A stretch of DNA of 64,000 nucleotides from Promethearchaeia archaeon (GTDB lineage Archaea > Asgardarchaeota > Lokiarchaeia > Sigyniarchaeales > SOKP01): positions 1-64,000 of the forward strand of contig JAHQWG010000003.1 in assembly GCA_029856045.1 (NCBI GenBank), written 5' to 3'. The notes beneath the pieces were generated by a model, which saw nothing but the letters and a program-made list of their open reading frames with translations, did not search any database and was not told where the DNA came from. Shown piece after piece: positions 28,435-39,544 of the stretch; within the stretch, counting starts at the first letter, position 1, and every line of letters starts with the position of its first letter. The translations under genes were made by a program, and so were the position numbers.

Positions 28435-29738
28435 TCTTTTTGCAGCTCAACCATTTCGTTAAATATTGCTTCAGCCATTTCGGCATTTCCAACATTTGGA
28501 TCAACGGTTAAACATTGTAATGCTATCTCACGGGATCTTTTTATAACAGCTTCAATACATAAATCCTGCACACTTGCTTCGATGCGAAGTAATGCTGCTA
28601 TACCTTTAGGCAAATTACCGATTTTTATACCATGAACCCCATCACCATCAACCCACACAGATCCTTCGATTATTAAATCTTGAGGTAAATTATCTACAAA
28701 TCCATCATTCGGTATATTTACTGAACTTTCATAACTCTTTTTACCTGTAATAATTGCTTCAATTATCGGAATCGCACGCTCGCCAGTAGAATGTTTTGGT
28801 AATAACCTCAACCCTTTAAATGTTCCTTTTTTAAAACGTCTATGAAATCTCATAATGCGATCATAAATTGCCTTTCCTTCTTGGTCAGTCCGGTTAATCC
28901 AATCGATCATGTCTTGAGTTTCTGTAAATTCCTCTCCAAATTGCAGATATTCACCTAGATGATTATCACATGCATAAGAGAAATATCCAAATCTCTTAAA
29001 AACCTCAAATGTTAATTCAGAATATTCAAATCGATCTTTAACTTTATTAAGATATTTTAACGCTATATTATTAAATTCCGGCATTAAAGTTTTACCTGTT
29101 TTAAAATCCTCTAACCCAATTAAAAATCCAAAGTGATTTAATCCAAAAGCAGTTATTTTGAAATCCTCGAGTTTTCTATTAAATATCTTTGGAAGAAATT
29201 TATTTAAATAACCAATTTGATGGCAAAGACCAATAAATTTTAAATTTTTCGTGCTTCTTTTAATTGCTAAGCAAACACGGGACATAGGATTTGAAAAATT
29301 AATTAAAAATGCATTTGGACAAATCCTTTCAACATCTTTCACGATTTCTATAATTGGTGGAATTATTCTGAATGCATGAAAAGTTCCTCCAGGACCTCCA
29401 CATTCCCCCAGAATCTGCATTGAGCCATGTTTTCTCGGTATTTCATAATCTTGCCTCCATAATTCCATTCGATCACCAACCTCTATAGAATTTATAACGA
29501 AATTAGCATTTTCAAGGGCTTTTTGACGATTTGTAGTGCGCTCGATCGTGAAATTCTTCCCTAATTTTTCACTTTCATTAACAGTTAATTCATAAATTAT
29601 TTCTAATTTCTTTTTATCAATGTCATGCAATAAAATAGTTGAACCTTGTAAAATATTGCTTAAAAAAATATCAGCGAGCATTGAGGGTCCAAATGAAGTA
29701 CTGCCCGCTCCAATTAATACAATACGGTGATTCGTCAT
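28413..29738 (-). CDS. Glycoside hydrolase family 4 (alpha-galactosidase/glucosidase type)
   Basis: IGAGSTSF, GGPGG, NFSNP, GLCH, GLNHF. Confidence 0.9.
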   Translation of the reverse strand: MTNHRIVLIGAGSTSFGPSMLADIFLSNILQGSTILLHDIDKKKLEIIYELTVNESEKLGKNFTIERTTNRQKALENANFVINSIEVGDRMELWRQDYEIPRKHGSMQILGECGGPGGTFHAFRIIPPIIEIVKDVERICPNAFLINFSNPMSRVCLAIKRSTKNLKFIGLCHQIGYLNKFLPKIFNRKLEDFKITAFGLNHFGFLIGLEDFKTGKTLMPEFNNIALKYLNKVKDRFEYSELTFEVFKRFGYFSYACDNHLGEYLQFGEEFTETQDMIDWINRTDQEGKAIYDRIMRFHRRFKKGTFKGLRLLPKHSTGERAIPIIEAIITGKKSYESSVNIPNDGFVDNLPQDLIIEGSVWVDGDGVHGIKIGNLPKGIAALLRIEASVQDLCIEAVIKRSREIALQCLTVDPNVGNAEMAEAIFNEMVELQKDYLPKFK

Positions 29739-29889
29739 TTTATTTTAGCCTTTCTTTTATTTACTGAATTTATTAAAAAAAATTAAAATTTTTAATAAAC
29801 AATTAAAAATAATGAAAACTATATGTTATAATATAAATTATTTGATTATACAAATAACTGTTTATTTAAAATTTTAATGGGTTCATAAA

Positions 29890-31326
29890 TTGACAAAACC
29901 GACATTGTTCGGTACTTCTGGAATTAGAAAGGTTTTCAAAAATTACGGGGGAACTGAAGCTCATTTTACTCCAGAAATGGCGTTAAAGTTAGGATTAGCT
30001 ATAGGTTCGTATATTAATGGGGGTGTTGCAATAATCGGCAAAGATATCCGCACTGCCGCATTACCTATTGAACACGCATTAATCGCTGGTCTTATTAGCA
30101 CAGGATGTAAGGTTAAAGCCGTTGGCATAGTTACAACACCAACTCTTGCAATGTCTTGTAAAATGCTTAATGGAGATTGCGGAATCATGATTACTGCATC
30201 ACATAACACTCCTGAATATATTGGTGTCAAGCTATGGAACCCATCTGGCTTAGGGTTTTCAGCCGAACAGGAAGAAACAATTGAAGAGATATATAATAAA
30301 AAAAAGTTTAATAAAACTGATTGGACTGGAATCGGAAGCGCCACTCCAATATATGATCTTAACGAGTTTCATGTAAATGATATCTTAGAAAAAATTAAAA
30401 TTCCAAGAGATAATCAACTCCATTTAATCGTAGACCCTGGACATGGTTCCTCATGTGATATTCTCCCAATAATTCTTAATAATTATAATATTAAATATAT
30501 GACAATTAATTCGCAAATGGATGGATCATTTCCAGGAAGATTATCTGAACCTAATAAAGAAAATTTAAACCAATTAAGTAAATTTATTAAAATTTCAGAT
30601 GTCCAAGACATAGGAATTGCTCTTGATGGTGATGCGGACAGAGTTATTTTTATTGCTGAAGATGGTAAATTAGTTGACCCAATTAGATTACTTGCTTTAT
30701 GTGCTAAAGACATACTGACAGAAAATGGCGGAATACCAGAAAGAGATCGAAAAATCGCAACACCAATTAATAGTTCAAGTTTGCTTGAAAGATTTCTTGA
30801 ACCATTAGGTTATGAGGTAATTAGAACTGAAGTTGGAGACATTAAAGTTGCAACAGCATTGAAGGAAAAGGGGGGCATTCTTGGTGGTGAAACCAGTGGT
30901 ACATATATTTGGCCTAAATACCACTACGGACCAGACTCTCTTTTAACGATAGCATATGTTTTAGAAATGGTAAATAGAAAAGGAAAAACATTAGAAGAAT
31001 TATTAAAAGAGATTCCAGATTTTCCATTTGTACGAGAGAGTTTTCAATTAAACGAAGATATTCCTTTTACTAAAGAAGTAAATGAAGAAATAATAACAGA
31101 AATGAATATTTTATTTCAAGATTTAGGCAAAGACCATGTTAAAATAAATAAATTAGATGGTGTTAGATTTGATTATGAAGAAGGGTGGGTAATGATTAGA
31201 AGATCTGGAACTACTCCCGTTTTAAGAATATCTGTAGAATCAACGATAGATATTCCTCATGCTAAAGAAATATTTCAGATGATTGTAAAAAGAATGGATA
31301 AATTAGGTTTGATAAAGGAAAATTAA
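29890..31326 (+). CDS. Alpha-D-phosphohexomutase (PGM/PMM/GlmM family)
   Basis: FGTSGIR, TASHN, DGDADR, GGETSG, RRSGT. Confidence 0.92.
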   Translation: MTKPTLFGTSGIRKVFKNYGGTEAHFTPEMALKLGLAIGSYINGGVAIIGKDIRTAALPIEHALIAGLISTGCKVKAVGIVTTPTLAMSCKMLNGDCGIMITASHNTPEYIGVKLWNPSGLGFSAEQEETIEEIYNKKKFNKTDWTGIGSATPIYDLNEFHVNDILEKIKIPRDNQLHLIVDPGHGSSCDILPIILNNYNIKYMTINSQMDGSFPGRLSEPNKENLNQLSKFIKISDVQDIGIALDGDADRVIFIAEDGKLVDPIRLLALCAKDILTENGGIPERDRKIATPINSSSLLERFLEPLGYEVIRTEVGDIKVATALKEKGGILGGETSGTYIWPKYHYGPDSLLTIAYVLEMVNRKGKTLEELLKEIPDFPFVRESFQLNEDIPFTKEVNEEIITEMNILFQDLGKDHVKINKLDGVRFDYEEGWVMIRRSGTTPVLRISVESTIDIPHAKEIFQMIVKRMDKLGLIKEN

Positions 31327-31363
31327 ATTTAATTATTAGTTAAAAATTTAAATTCAGTTTCAA

Positions 31364-31888
31364 TTATAGAACCTTGAGTAAAGCATCTATATCTAACCAA
31401 CCTAATTTTTCATGAATAATTATGCCCTCAGAGTTTATAATAAACTGCCCGGGTGATTGTTTTTCCCAACCTTCATACTCTCCATGTTTAATTCCAAATT
31501 TTGTTGCTTCCTTAAACTTATCACGAACTTGTTTAACTGCTTCCATCCCCATTATTCCTAATCCATAATCATTATATAGTTCATTTTTTGAACTTGGAAT
31601 AACTGGAAATGTAATTTTTTTCTCCTCGATAAATTGTTTTGCTATTTTTTCACCAGATTGTGAAATATATAAAATCTTAGCATCTTTCGCTTCTATTTCT
31701 GACTTACGTTCTAATAAATTTTTTAGATCTAAATGACATATGGGGCAACCAAAATACCTTGAGAAAATAAGAATAATTTTTTGCTTTCCAATAAGATCAG
31801 ATAAATCAATAATTCCAGCATTATATGAATCGATTTTAAAAAGTGGTGCTTTATCTCCAATATTTAATTTTCCCATAGAATAAATCAC
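31364..31888 (-). CDS. Peroxiredoxin-like (AhpC/TSA/redoxin) protein
   Basis: IGDKAPLF, RYFGCPIC, PGQFIIN. Confidence 0.8.
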   Translation of the reverse strand: MIYSMGKLNIGDKAPLFKIDSYNAGIIDLSDLIGKQKIILIFSRYFGCPICHLDLKNLLERKSEIEAKDAKILYISQSGEKIAKQFIEEKKITFPVIPSSKNELYNDYGLGIMGMEAVKQVRDKFKEATKFGIKHGEYEGWEKQSPGQFIINSEGIIIHEKLGWLDIDALLKVL

Positions 31889-32218
31889 TTTAGTTTTATA
31901 TTTATTTTTTAGAATTCTGAATTTCTTTTAATTGTTTTGCATACTCTTGAATTAAACAGCTAAGTTTAGAAAACTTATTTCTATCACCTTAACAACAGAT
32001 CTCAAATATGTTTTTGGCTTTTTACAAATAAGTAAATTTTAATTAATTAAAAAATTAAATTCTAATATTACAATAAAAAACACGTGCTAATATTAAACAT
32101 CAAAAAAAATACATTTATTGAAGAAGACTGAAATTTTAATTGTAGTTGGAATAGCGTATCTTAAACCTATAAAAAGCCAAACATAAAAATTAACTTTAAC
32201 AAAAGTGTAATGATATAA

Positions 32219-32377
32219 ATGAATGAAATAGAGAACCATATAAAAGAATTGATAAGAATTTTAAGTATTTTGAAGGGAAAAAGAGAGTTATTTGTAAATA
32301 AAAAAGGGTACGATTCAATAATTTCTGTATTAGAGAAAGAACTTGAAGCTTGTAGATCGATCTTAGAGGTGGAGTAA
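32219..32377 (+). CDS. Small hypothetical protein (52 aa)
   Basis: Manual ORF MNEIENHIKELIRILSILKGKRELFVNKKGYDSIISVLEKELEACRSILEVE in an otherwise empty gap. Confidence 0.45.
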   Translation: MNEIENHIKELIRILSILKGKRELFVNKKGYDSIISVLEKELEACRSILEVE

Positions 32378-32442
32378 GAATTTTAGGAATTAATATAAAA
32401 AATTCTAAGATAAAATGAAATAAAAGTAAATTTAATAAAAAT

Positions 32443-33525
32443 TTAAGGTTTTAATAATTCCCAATTGATATATTTTTCTATAATTTCTAATGCAATCTGT
32501 TTTTCTTCTGGTTGAATTCCCGGTTTAATTCTTTCTATATTATATAAGGTCGTGTAGGTATCGCTGGGGCTTAACAGGAGCGGAATCCCTAATTCATCTG
32601 CTTTTACTTTAACTGAGATGTCTGGTTGGATATAGCCAGTTAGGATGATTACAGAAACATTAGATTCGAGAGTGGCTAAAATTAACTCACTTCTATCTCC
32701 ACCAGTAATACAAGCAGCGTTTACACTCTGTCTCACATACTTCATAGCGCTGGGAACATCCATAGCTCCAACTAATATTGATTTAACATTTTTATTCATA
32801 GATTCATCAGGCGGATTGTTTATTAATTCAGCACCAATGCCTTCCATAATTTCTAAAACTGTAGGTTCTGATAATGAGGGATCTTTTTGAATTATACCTA
32901 CCAAAGGGATCTCATATTTTTCGATATGTTTTTTCTGTAATTCTTTGACTCTTTCTACATAGTCAAAATCGATTTGGTTCATAATAAGCCCATTTATTTT
33001 CATTTCTCTAAAATCGAGATACTTCTTTGTAAAAAGTAATGTATCTATAAAATTATCAGTAGATATGTCTAATATAAAATATATTCCATCGATTCCTAAT
33101 TCTTTTGCAATTGTAACATCATCTAATCCAACTCGGCAAAAATAGCTAAAATTAGGTGTCCCCTCAATAATAACTATATCGCAATCTTGTTTAATTTTCT
33201 CATAAGCCTTTTTTATTTTCTCTGTATATTCAGTTCTTTGTCCAATATCTATATTATCAATATAATAGGTAGGTGAAATTGATACAGGACAAACCGTTTC
33301 CATATCATGCACTGATGCAATTATATTCATTAAAATAAACGAAACATCGCGATCAGATTTGTTGGTTAATGCTCCAATTGGTTTGCCTACAGGTTTGAAA
33401 TATTTAACTTTATAACCTTCTTTCTTGAATTTTTGGAGCAATCCTATGGCAATTAGAGTTTTACCAGCTCTTTCATTAAATGAACTCAAATATATTGTTT
33501 TTACCAATTTTTCTCTCACATACAT
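32443..33525 (-). CDS. BioD-like/DRTGG protein (phosphotransacetylase N-terminal-like)
   Basis: AGKT, YFKPVG, IIEG, ITGGDRSE; downstream of the ADP-forming acyl-CoA ligase. Confidence 0.85.
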   Translation of the reverse strand: MYVREKLVKTIYLSSFNERAGKTLIAIGLLQKFKKEGYKVKYFKPVGKPIGALTNKSDRDVSFILMNIIASVHDMETVCPVSISPTYYIDNIDIGQRTEYTEKIKKAYEKIKQDCDIVIIEGTPNFSYFCRVGLDDVTIAKELGIDGIYFILDISTDNFIDTLLFTKKYLDFREMKINGLIMNQIDFDYVERVKELQKKHIEKYEIPLVGIIQKDPSLSEPTVLEIMEGIGAELINNPPDESMNKNVKSILVGAMDVPSAMKYVRQSVNAACITGGDRSELILATLESNVSVIILTGYIQPDISVKVKADELGIPLLLSPSDTYTTLYNIERIKPGIQPEEKQIALEIIEKYINWELLKP

Positions 33526-33580
33526 TTTTAATTTTTTTATTCAAATAAATTTTAATTTTTTTCTTTTTCTGTTTATTATT

Positions 33581-35767
33581 TTAAGATTTAATTGTAATTT
33601 TAATATCAACAGCGGAACATCCTTTAACAAAGGATAACAGAGGATTTATATCCAATTCTACTATCTCAGGAAAATCATTTACTAATTGAGAGAGTTTTAA
33701 AAGTACATCAATAATTGCATCGATATCTGATGGAGGTTCGCCACGAACTCCTTGGAGTAAAGCAAAAATTTTAGTCTGAGATAATAAATTAACTGCATCT
33801 TCTCTTGTAAATCTATAAGTTAATGCAAATGCAATATCTTTAATGAAGTTAGCATAAATACCGCCACTACCTACCATAATCATCGGTCCGAAAGTAGAAT
33901 CTCTACTCATCCCCAAAATTAATTCATTTACTTTTGGTTGGGTTTTAAAATCTATCATTTCTTGAATTTCTATACCATAAATCTTTGCATTTCTAGGTCC
34001 AAATTTTTTTACTTTTGTCATAATTTGAGTATAAGCTTCTCTTGCTTGTTTTTGGTCAATAATATTCAATAAAACACCTCCCACATCAGTTTTATGTAAA
34101 ATCTGAGGGCTTACAACTTTCGCCACTAAGGGAAAACCCATTTCATTACTTGTTTCAAAAGCTTGGATTGGAGATCGAACTAATCTTGATTTTGGCGATG
34201 GAATTCCATAAATTTGAAATATTTCATTAGTTTCAAAGCTCAATAATACTGAGCGATTATCTTTACGTACTTCTTCAAAAATCTCATTAACCCTATTCTT
34301 ATTTATATTAAATTTCTCAATATTAATACTCTTTAAAGATTGTCTTTTCTTATTTTCAGAATACTTTACCAACACTTTTAAAGTCTGAGCAGCTTGGCTT
34401 GGAAAATAATAACATGGTATATGATTGTCATTTAATAATTTTTGACCTTCCGCAATATTTTTTCCACCAATAAAAGAACAAACCATTGGTATATAAGGAA
34501 TCTTTTTTGATGTTTCAAGAACCAAATTTGCAACATCAGTTGGTCTTGTTAAAGCTTGAGGTGCAAGAATAAGACAACATCCATTAGGAAGGTCTTGATT
34601 TAGCGAATCTTCTTTAGTAGATTCATTAATAGTATTTTTATCAAAATTGGAGTCTAATCTAAAAATAGTATTAAGTGCAAATCTATATCTTTCTGGAGTG
34701 GCATCTCCTACTATATCAACAGGATTAAATATACTTGCCTCTGCAGGTAAATTTTCTCTCAATTTATGAAGTATATCTTCTGGAAATTTTGCAAATTTTA
34801 AACCTTCCCGGGAAAAAGCATCGGCTGCTACAATTCCAGGGCCTCCAGCATTACTTATAATAACAAAAGAATTTTTTTTTGGTAAAGGTTGAAATGCAAA
34901 AATCTCCCCAAAATCAAAAAGATCCTCAATAGTTTTTGCTCTAATTACACCTGTCTTATCAAATGATAAATCATATGCCTTATCAGAACCTGCTAAGGCT
35001 CCAGTATGACTTGATGCTGCTTTTGCACCTTGCTCAGATATACCAGATTTCAGAATTACAACCGGTTTCTTTCTTGTAATTTCAGATACAACCTCTAAAA
35101 ACCTATCTCCATCAATTATATTTTCTAAATAAGCTATAATGACTTTTGTATTGTCATCATCTGTTAAATATTTTAAAAAATCGACAAATGTTAAATCCGC
35201 TTTATTACCCAAAGATATACAACAAGAAAAGCCAAAAGTTCGACCCATTGAATAATCTAACATCCCTGTAAGCATCGCACCTGACTGTGATATAATTGCT
35301 ATATTTCCTTTTCTGGGTTGATCAGCTGCAAAGGTTGCATTATAATTAAGACCCATAAAGCCCAAACAATTAGGGCCTAAGATACGAATGCTATTTTCTC
35401 TGCATATTTTAGCCAATTCTAACTCTCTTTTAACCCCCTCTCCACCAACTTCTTTAAATCCTGCAGTAATTACTATTAATCCCTTAATTTTTTTTTGTGC
35501 GCATTCTTTTACTACATCAACAACATACTTTGCAGGAATAACAATAACGCCAATGTCAATATCTTCCTTTACATCTAATACGCTTTTATAACATTTATAT
35601 CCAAGAATTTCACTGGCTGATGGATTAATTGGATATAATTTTCCTTTATATCCTGAATTTTTTATATTTTTTACCACACTATTTCCAATTTTAGCTTCAT
35701 TTACGCTTGCTCCTATAACTGCAATACTATCAGGATTAAAAAAATAACCTAAATCACTTTCCGCCAT
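33581..35767 (-). CDS. Acetate/acyl-CoA ligase (ADP-forming), fused alpha-beta
   Basis: GPNCLG, SQSGA, SHTGALAG, NPVD, HKTDVGGV, ELDINP. Confidence 0.92.
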   Translation of the reverse strand: MAESDLGYFFNPDSIAVIGASVNEAKIGNSVVKNIKNSGYKGKLYPINPSASEILGYKCYKSVLDVKEDIDIGVIVIPAKYVVDVVKECAQKKIKGLIVITAGFKEVGGEGVKRELELAKICRENSIRILGPNCLGFMGLNYNATFAADQPRKGNIAIISQSGAMLTGMLDYSMGRTFGFSCCISLGNKADLTFVDFLKYLTDDDNTKVIIAYLENIIDGDRFLEVVSEITRKKPVVILKSGISEQGAKAASSHTGALAGSDKAYDLSFDKTGVIRAKTIEDLFDFGEIFAFQPLPKKNSFVIISNAGGPGIVAADAFSREGLKFAKFPEDILHKLRENLPAEASIFNPVDIVGDATPERYRFALNTIFRLDSNFDKNTINESTKEDSLNQDLPNGCCLILAPQALTRPTDVANLVLETSKKIPYIPMVCSFIGGKNIAEGQKLLNDNHIPCYYFPSQAAQTLKVLVKYSENKKRQSLKSINIEKFNINKNRVNEIFEEVRKDNRSVLLSFETNEIFQIYGIPSPKSRLVRSPIQAFETSNEMGFPLVAKVVSPQILHKTDVGGVLLNIIDQKQAREAYTQIMTKVKKFGPRNAKIYGIEIQEMIDFKTQPKVNELILGMSRDSTFGPMIMVGSGGIYANFIKDIAFALTYRFTREDAVNLLSQTKIFALLQGVRGEPPSDIDAIIDVLLKLSQLVNDFPEIVELDINPLLSFVKGCSAVDIKITIKS

Positions 35768-35902
35768 TACTTATCGATTTATATTGATAAAACTATATTG
35801 TTATTTAACTAATTTAAATTTCTTATTAATTAATTGTTTTTTCTGTATAATATTATGAAATAATTAAATCCTTTTATATATGTCAATTATTTCTTATTAA
35901 AT

Positions 35903-36379
35903 ATGACTAATATCGTGATTAAAACAAATAAGGGGGACATTAATTTACAGCTTTTTGACGAGGATGCACCTTTAACCGTCACATCTTTTTTGGACCTAAT
36001 AAGAAAAGGTTTCTATACCGGACTTACATTTCATCGAGTTATTGAAAATTTCATGGTTCAAGGAGGTTGCCCATTAGGAACTGGTACTGGTGGCCCCAGT
36101 AACGTAGGAATTAACGGATTTGAATATCAAGGACACATGGTTTCTTATCCATTTAAGGATGAATTTCAGAGCGGTAGGGTTTTTGATAAACCTGGTTTAT
36201 TAGCTATGGCGAACGCAGGACCAAATACAAATGGTTCTCAGTTTTTCATAACTCATATAGTAACTGATTGGTTAACTAACAAGCATACAATTTTCGGACA
36301 AGTAAAATCGGATACTGATCAAGGAATTGTTAATTCAATTGTTACAGGAGATAAAATCTTAGAAATACAAATTTTTTAA
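35903..36379 (+). CDS. Cyclophilin-type peptidyl-prolyl isomerase
   Basis: FHRVIENFMVQGG, AMANAGPNTNGSQFFIT, HTIFGQV. Confidence 0.95.
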   Translation: MTNIVIKTNKGDINLQLFDEDAPLTVTSFLDLIRKGFYTGLTFHRVIENFMVQGGCPLGTGTGGPSNVGINGFEYQGHMVSYPFKDEFQSGRVFDKPGLLAMANAGPNTNGSQFFITHIVTDWLTNKHTIFGQVKSDTDQGIVNSIVTGDKILEIQIF

Positions 36380-36468
36380 GTCCTCATTTTTTTTATTTTA
36401 ATTAATTTGCACTATAAAGAGAAAGATTATCTTTTTATGGGAAAAAAAATAGTTAAATAATTCAATTT

Positions 36469-36657
36469 CTATTTTTGTTCTTCTCTTAGGTTATTAATGT
36501 AATCACAGATAATTTGAATAGTTTTCTCAACGATAATTTTTTCTTCGCTATTTAATTCAATTTTGAGAAACTCTAAATATTTTAGAGTTTTCTCTGCCCT
36601 TGCCATATTTTTAAGATATTGACTTCCGTCTTTATCTATAAAACCTCCCCATGCCAT
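36469..36657 (-). CDS. Small hypothetical protein
   Basis: 62-aa ORF downstream of the membrane-protein gene. Confidence 0.5.
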   Translation of the reverse strand: MAWGGFIDKDGSQYLKNMARAEKTLKYLEFLKIELNSEEKIIVEKTIQIICDYINNLREEQK

Positions 36658-36680
36658 GAAAATCCTTTTCTTGCCTTATT

Positions 36681-37139
36681 TTATGGAGTCATCATTTTTC
36701 CAACAAAATAAAATATTATCATTAGAATAAATCCAATGAGATAAACTGTGTAGGTAATGTAAGCGCTTTTCATCTCTCCCGGTTTAATCAGAAGCTTCCA
36801 TAATAATAAATAAAATGCTGCAGCTAGAGTAACAAAAATAATGTCCATAGAAGCATTTAATAATGAATCTTGTCTATTCTCAAATTTCAAGCCCCAACTC
36901 CATAATACAAAATTTTCAAAGAATTCCCAGAAAATCCCTATTATTACTGTAATTAAAAGTGCTAACCAAATGGGGAACGCATCGCTCTGCTTTATATATT
37001 TAAAATAGACATGAAGAAATGATAATAAGGCAAAAAATCCTAATCCCATTGCAATATGGCCCCAAGTGAAATAATCCATTGCCGAAATACCAACTTCAGC
37101 AATTGATTCTGCTATAATATCATTTTGAATTCCAATCAT
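36681..37139 (-). CDS. Small membrane protein
   Basis: Four TM segments, DYFTWGH, WEFFEN, DSLLNASMD. Confidence 0.65.
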   Translation of the reverse strand: MIGIQNDIIAESIAEVGISAMDYFTWGHIAMGLGFFALLSFLHVYFKYIKQSDAFPIWLALLITVIIGIFWEFFENFVLWSWGLKFENRQDSLLNASMDIIFVTLAAAFYLLLWKLLIKPGEMKSAYITYTVYLIGFILMIIFYFVGKMMTP

Positions 37140-37314
37140 TTCTTATTACGTTATTTATTTTTGAATTTTTTATAATATATGATAAGTTGAATTGCTTTTT
37201 AATATTATATTCAAATAGATACATTTAATAAATTGAGAACAAATAAAATTCATTTTAGCATTAAATTAATTAATTTATATGATCGATTAATAATTCACCA
37301 TAAAATAAAATAAA

Positions 37315-37968
37315 TTGAACACTGAAATTCCCTTTGTAATTTTAATCGGTGGAAAGAGTAAAAGATTTGGCTTGGATAAAGGTTTGATAAAAGTATCCGG
37401 TAAATCATTTATTGTTCAGCAAATTGAAACATTAAAAAAAATTAGTAAAAATATTTTTCTTTCTGTGCATGATAAATTTCAAATTCAAACTTACCAAAAA
37501 GCATTAACTAAATTTGATTTTTTATCCTATATTTTAGATGATTATTCAATTTTGGAGGGAAAAAAATTACGAAGCCCTCTACTTGGAATATATTCATCTT
37601 TTAAGTATTTGTTAAAAACCAATTTTAAAAAAATTTTTGTAATCTCTTGCGATTCACCGCTAATAAAATACGAAGTTCTCATCTTGATGTTAAAAGAATC
37701 CTTAAATTTCGATTGTTGTATCCCTCGATGGAAAAATGGATTCCTAGAACCACTTTTCGCTATATATCCTATAGAAAAAGGATATCGTATGGCAAAGAAA
37801 AATTTAAATCTTAAGAAATTTAGATTAAGAGAACTTCTAAATAAAGATTGGAAAATAAATTTCGTATCGATTGAAGATAAAATTAAAAATTATGATAATA
37901 AGTTAGCGACTTTTTATAACATCAATAAAGAAGAAGATCTAGAAAAATTAAAGACTAAACTTTCTTAA
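37315..37968 (+). CDS. mobA: Molybdenum cofactor guanylyltransferase
   Basis: LIGGKSKRFGLDK, SPLLGI, SCDSP, EPLFAIY, FYNIN. Confidence 0.88.
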   Translation: MNTEIPFVILIGGKSKRFGLDKGLIKVSGKSFIVQQIETLKKISKNIFLSVHDKFQIQTYQKALTKFDFLSYILDDYSILEGKKLRSPLLGIYSSFKYLLKTNFKKIFVISCDSPLIKYEVLILMLKESLNFDCCIPRWKNGFLEPLFAIYPIEKGYRMAKKNLNLKKFRLRELLNKDWKINFVSIEDKIKNYDNKLATFYNINKEEDLEKLKTKLS

Positions 37969-38096
37969 AAAAAAGAGTTATTAAGATAAAGCCTTCAGAC
38001 ATTCTTGTTAATAGAATTAAATCTAAACTTTTTTAATATATATAATTTTTAACTAATTAAGATTCAATAGAATAGAGAATAAAAAAAAACAAGAAA

Positions 38097-39488
38097 ATGC
38101 CCGTTCAAGTAGCATTCATGCAACTTTCTAGTTGTTGGGGTTGCCACCAGAGTCTCCTTAATGCGCACTTAGGATTATTGGGTATTCTCCCCGAGTTAGA
38201 AATTGTATATTGGCCAGCTGTTGTGGATTTCAAACATGATTCGCTTGAAGCAAGAGAAGATAGTTCAATTGTCGTGGGATTTCTTGAGGGGTTAATCCGA
38301 ACCCATGAAGATTTAGAAAATACTAAATTAATGAGAAAGAAATGTCAAATTATAATTGCTTTTGGTGCATGTGCTTGCTATGGAGGCATTCCTGGACTAA
38401 GCAATCTTTATAAAAAAGATGATCTTTTACAAAGGAAATTTATTGAAGCGGAATCAATTACAGAGTCTAGAATTCCTGACCAGCATGTTCCACCTATTGA
38501 AGACTATATTGTTAATGTTAAAGAAATTATTAATGTTGATATTTTTATCCCTGGTTGCCCCCCAACCACTGATAATATTATTGCTTCAATTTCATATTTA
38601 TTAAGTTTATTGTCCCCCGATCCAGAAAAGAAAGATGTTGATAAATCTGTATGTGAACAATGTTCATTATATAAAGATGGGTGTCTCCTTGAAAAAGGAG
38701 AGTTATGTTTTGGACCTATCACAGCTAGTGGTTGTGATTTAAAATGCCCAGAAAACGGTAGTCCTTGTGTTGGTTGCTTTAAAGCTAGTTCGAAAGTTGA
38801 TGATAAGGGAAAAAAACTATTGAATTTGCTAGGTTCAATTGATGAAATCGATACGCCCACCGGACTAAATATCAAAAAATTTCTTGAATTATATTTAGGA
38901 TTATCTAATTTGGAACATATGTATTTCAAAGGAGATTTATTGCAACGATTAGCTAAAGAACCTGAGACCTTTTCTGAAAAATTAATTTCAACCTTTAATG
39001 GAAAACAAAAAGTTTTAGAAGTTAAACAGACGGGAAATGAATTAATTGATAATATTATTGGATTACTTCTCTACAAATTAAGAGATAGCCCAGAATTTAA
39101 ATTTAGCCAAAAAACCGTTTGTAGTACATGCGACAGAGAAGTTGTTGATAAAGTTTTTACTGAAATAAAAAGGGATTATGAAGGCTTACCTACAATGGAT
39201 ACTTGTTTTTTAGAACAAGGATATGTTTGTTTAGGACCTGTAACTAAGGCTGGATGTGGAACAATCTGTCCAAATAAAGCAAATGCTCCATGCTTGGGCT
39301 GCTATGGACCTCCTGAAAATATAAAAGATGCAGGAGCAAAATTTTTATCTACTTATTGTTCTATCTCACAAAATGACCCTGAGGAAATTAATGAGAAAAT
39401 AAAGGACCCTGCTGGACTCTTTTATAGATTCACGCTCCCAAGTAGCATTTTAAGTCGAAAACGTGATGATTTTAAGGAGGATAAATAA
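38097..39488 (+). CDS. mvhG: F420-non-reducing hydrogenase small subunit (MvhG/VhuG-like), extended by a duplicated C-terminal Fe-S module
   Basis: SSCWGC, GACACYGGIP, PGCPP, two CL/F.E.G..C.GP.T..GC...CP.....C.GC modules. Confidence 0.85.
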   Translation: MPVQVAFMQLSSCWGCHQSLLNAHLGLLGILPELEIVYWPAVVDFKHDSLEAREDSSIVVGFLEGLIRTHEDLENTKLMRKKCQIIIAFGACACYGGIPGLSNLYKKDDLLQRKFIEAESITESRIPDQHVPPIEDYIVNVKEIINVDIFIPGCPPTTDNIIASISYLLSLLSPDPEKKDVDKSVCEQCSLYKDGCLLEKGELCFGPITASGCDLKCPENGSPCVGCFKASSKVDDKGKKLLNLLGSIDEIDTPTGLNIKKFLELYLGLSNLEHMYFKGDLLQRLAKEPETFSEKLISTFNGKQKVLEVKQTGNELIDNIIGLLLYKLRDSPEFKFSQKTVCSTCDREVVDKVFTEIKRDYEGLPTMDTCFLEQGYVCLGPVTKAGCGTICPNKANAPCLGCYGPPENIKDAGAKFLSTYCSISQNDPEEINEKIKDPAGLFYRFTLPSSILSRKRDDFKEDK

Positions 39489-39544
39489 TCTTATAAAAAA
39501 TAAGATAAAAAGATATATTAAATATTACTATTAAAAACCCGATA

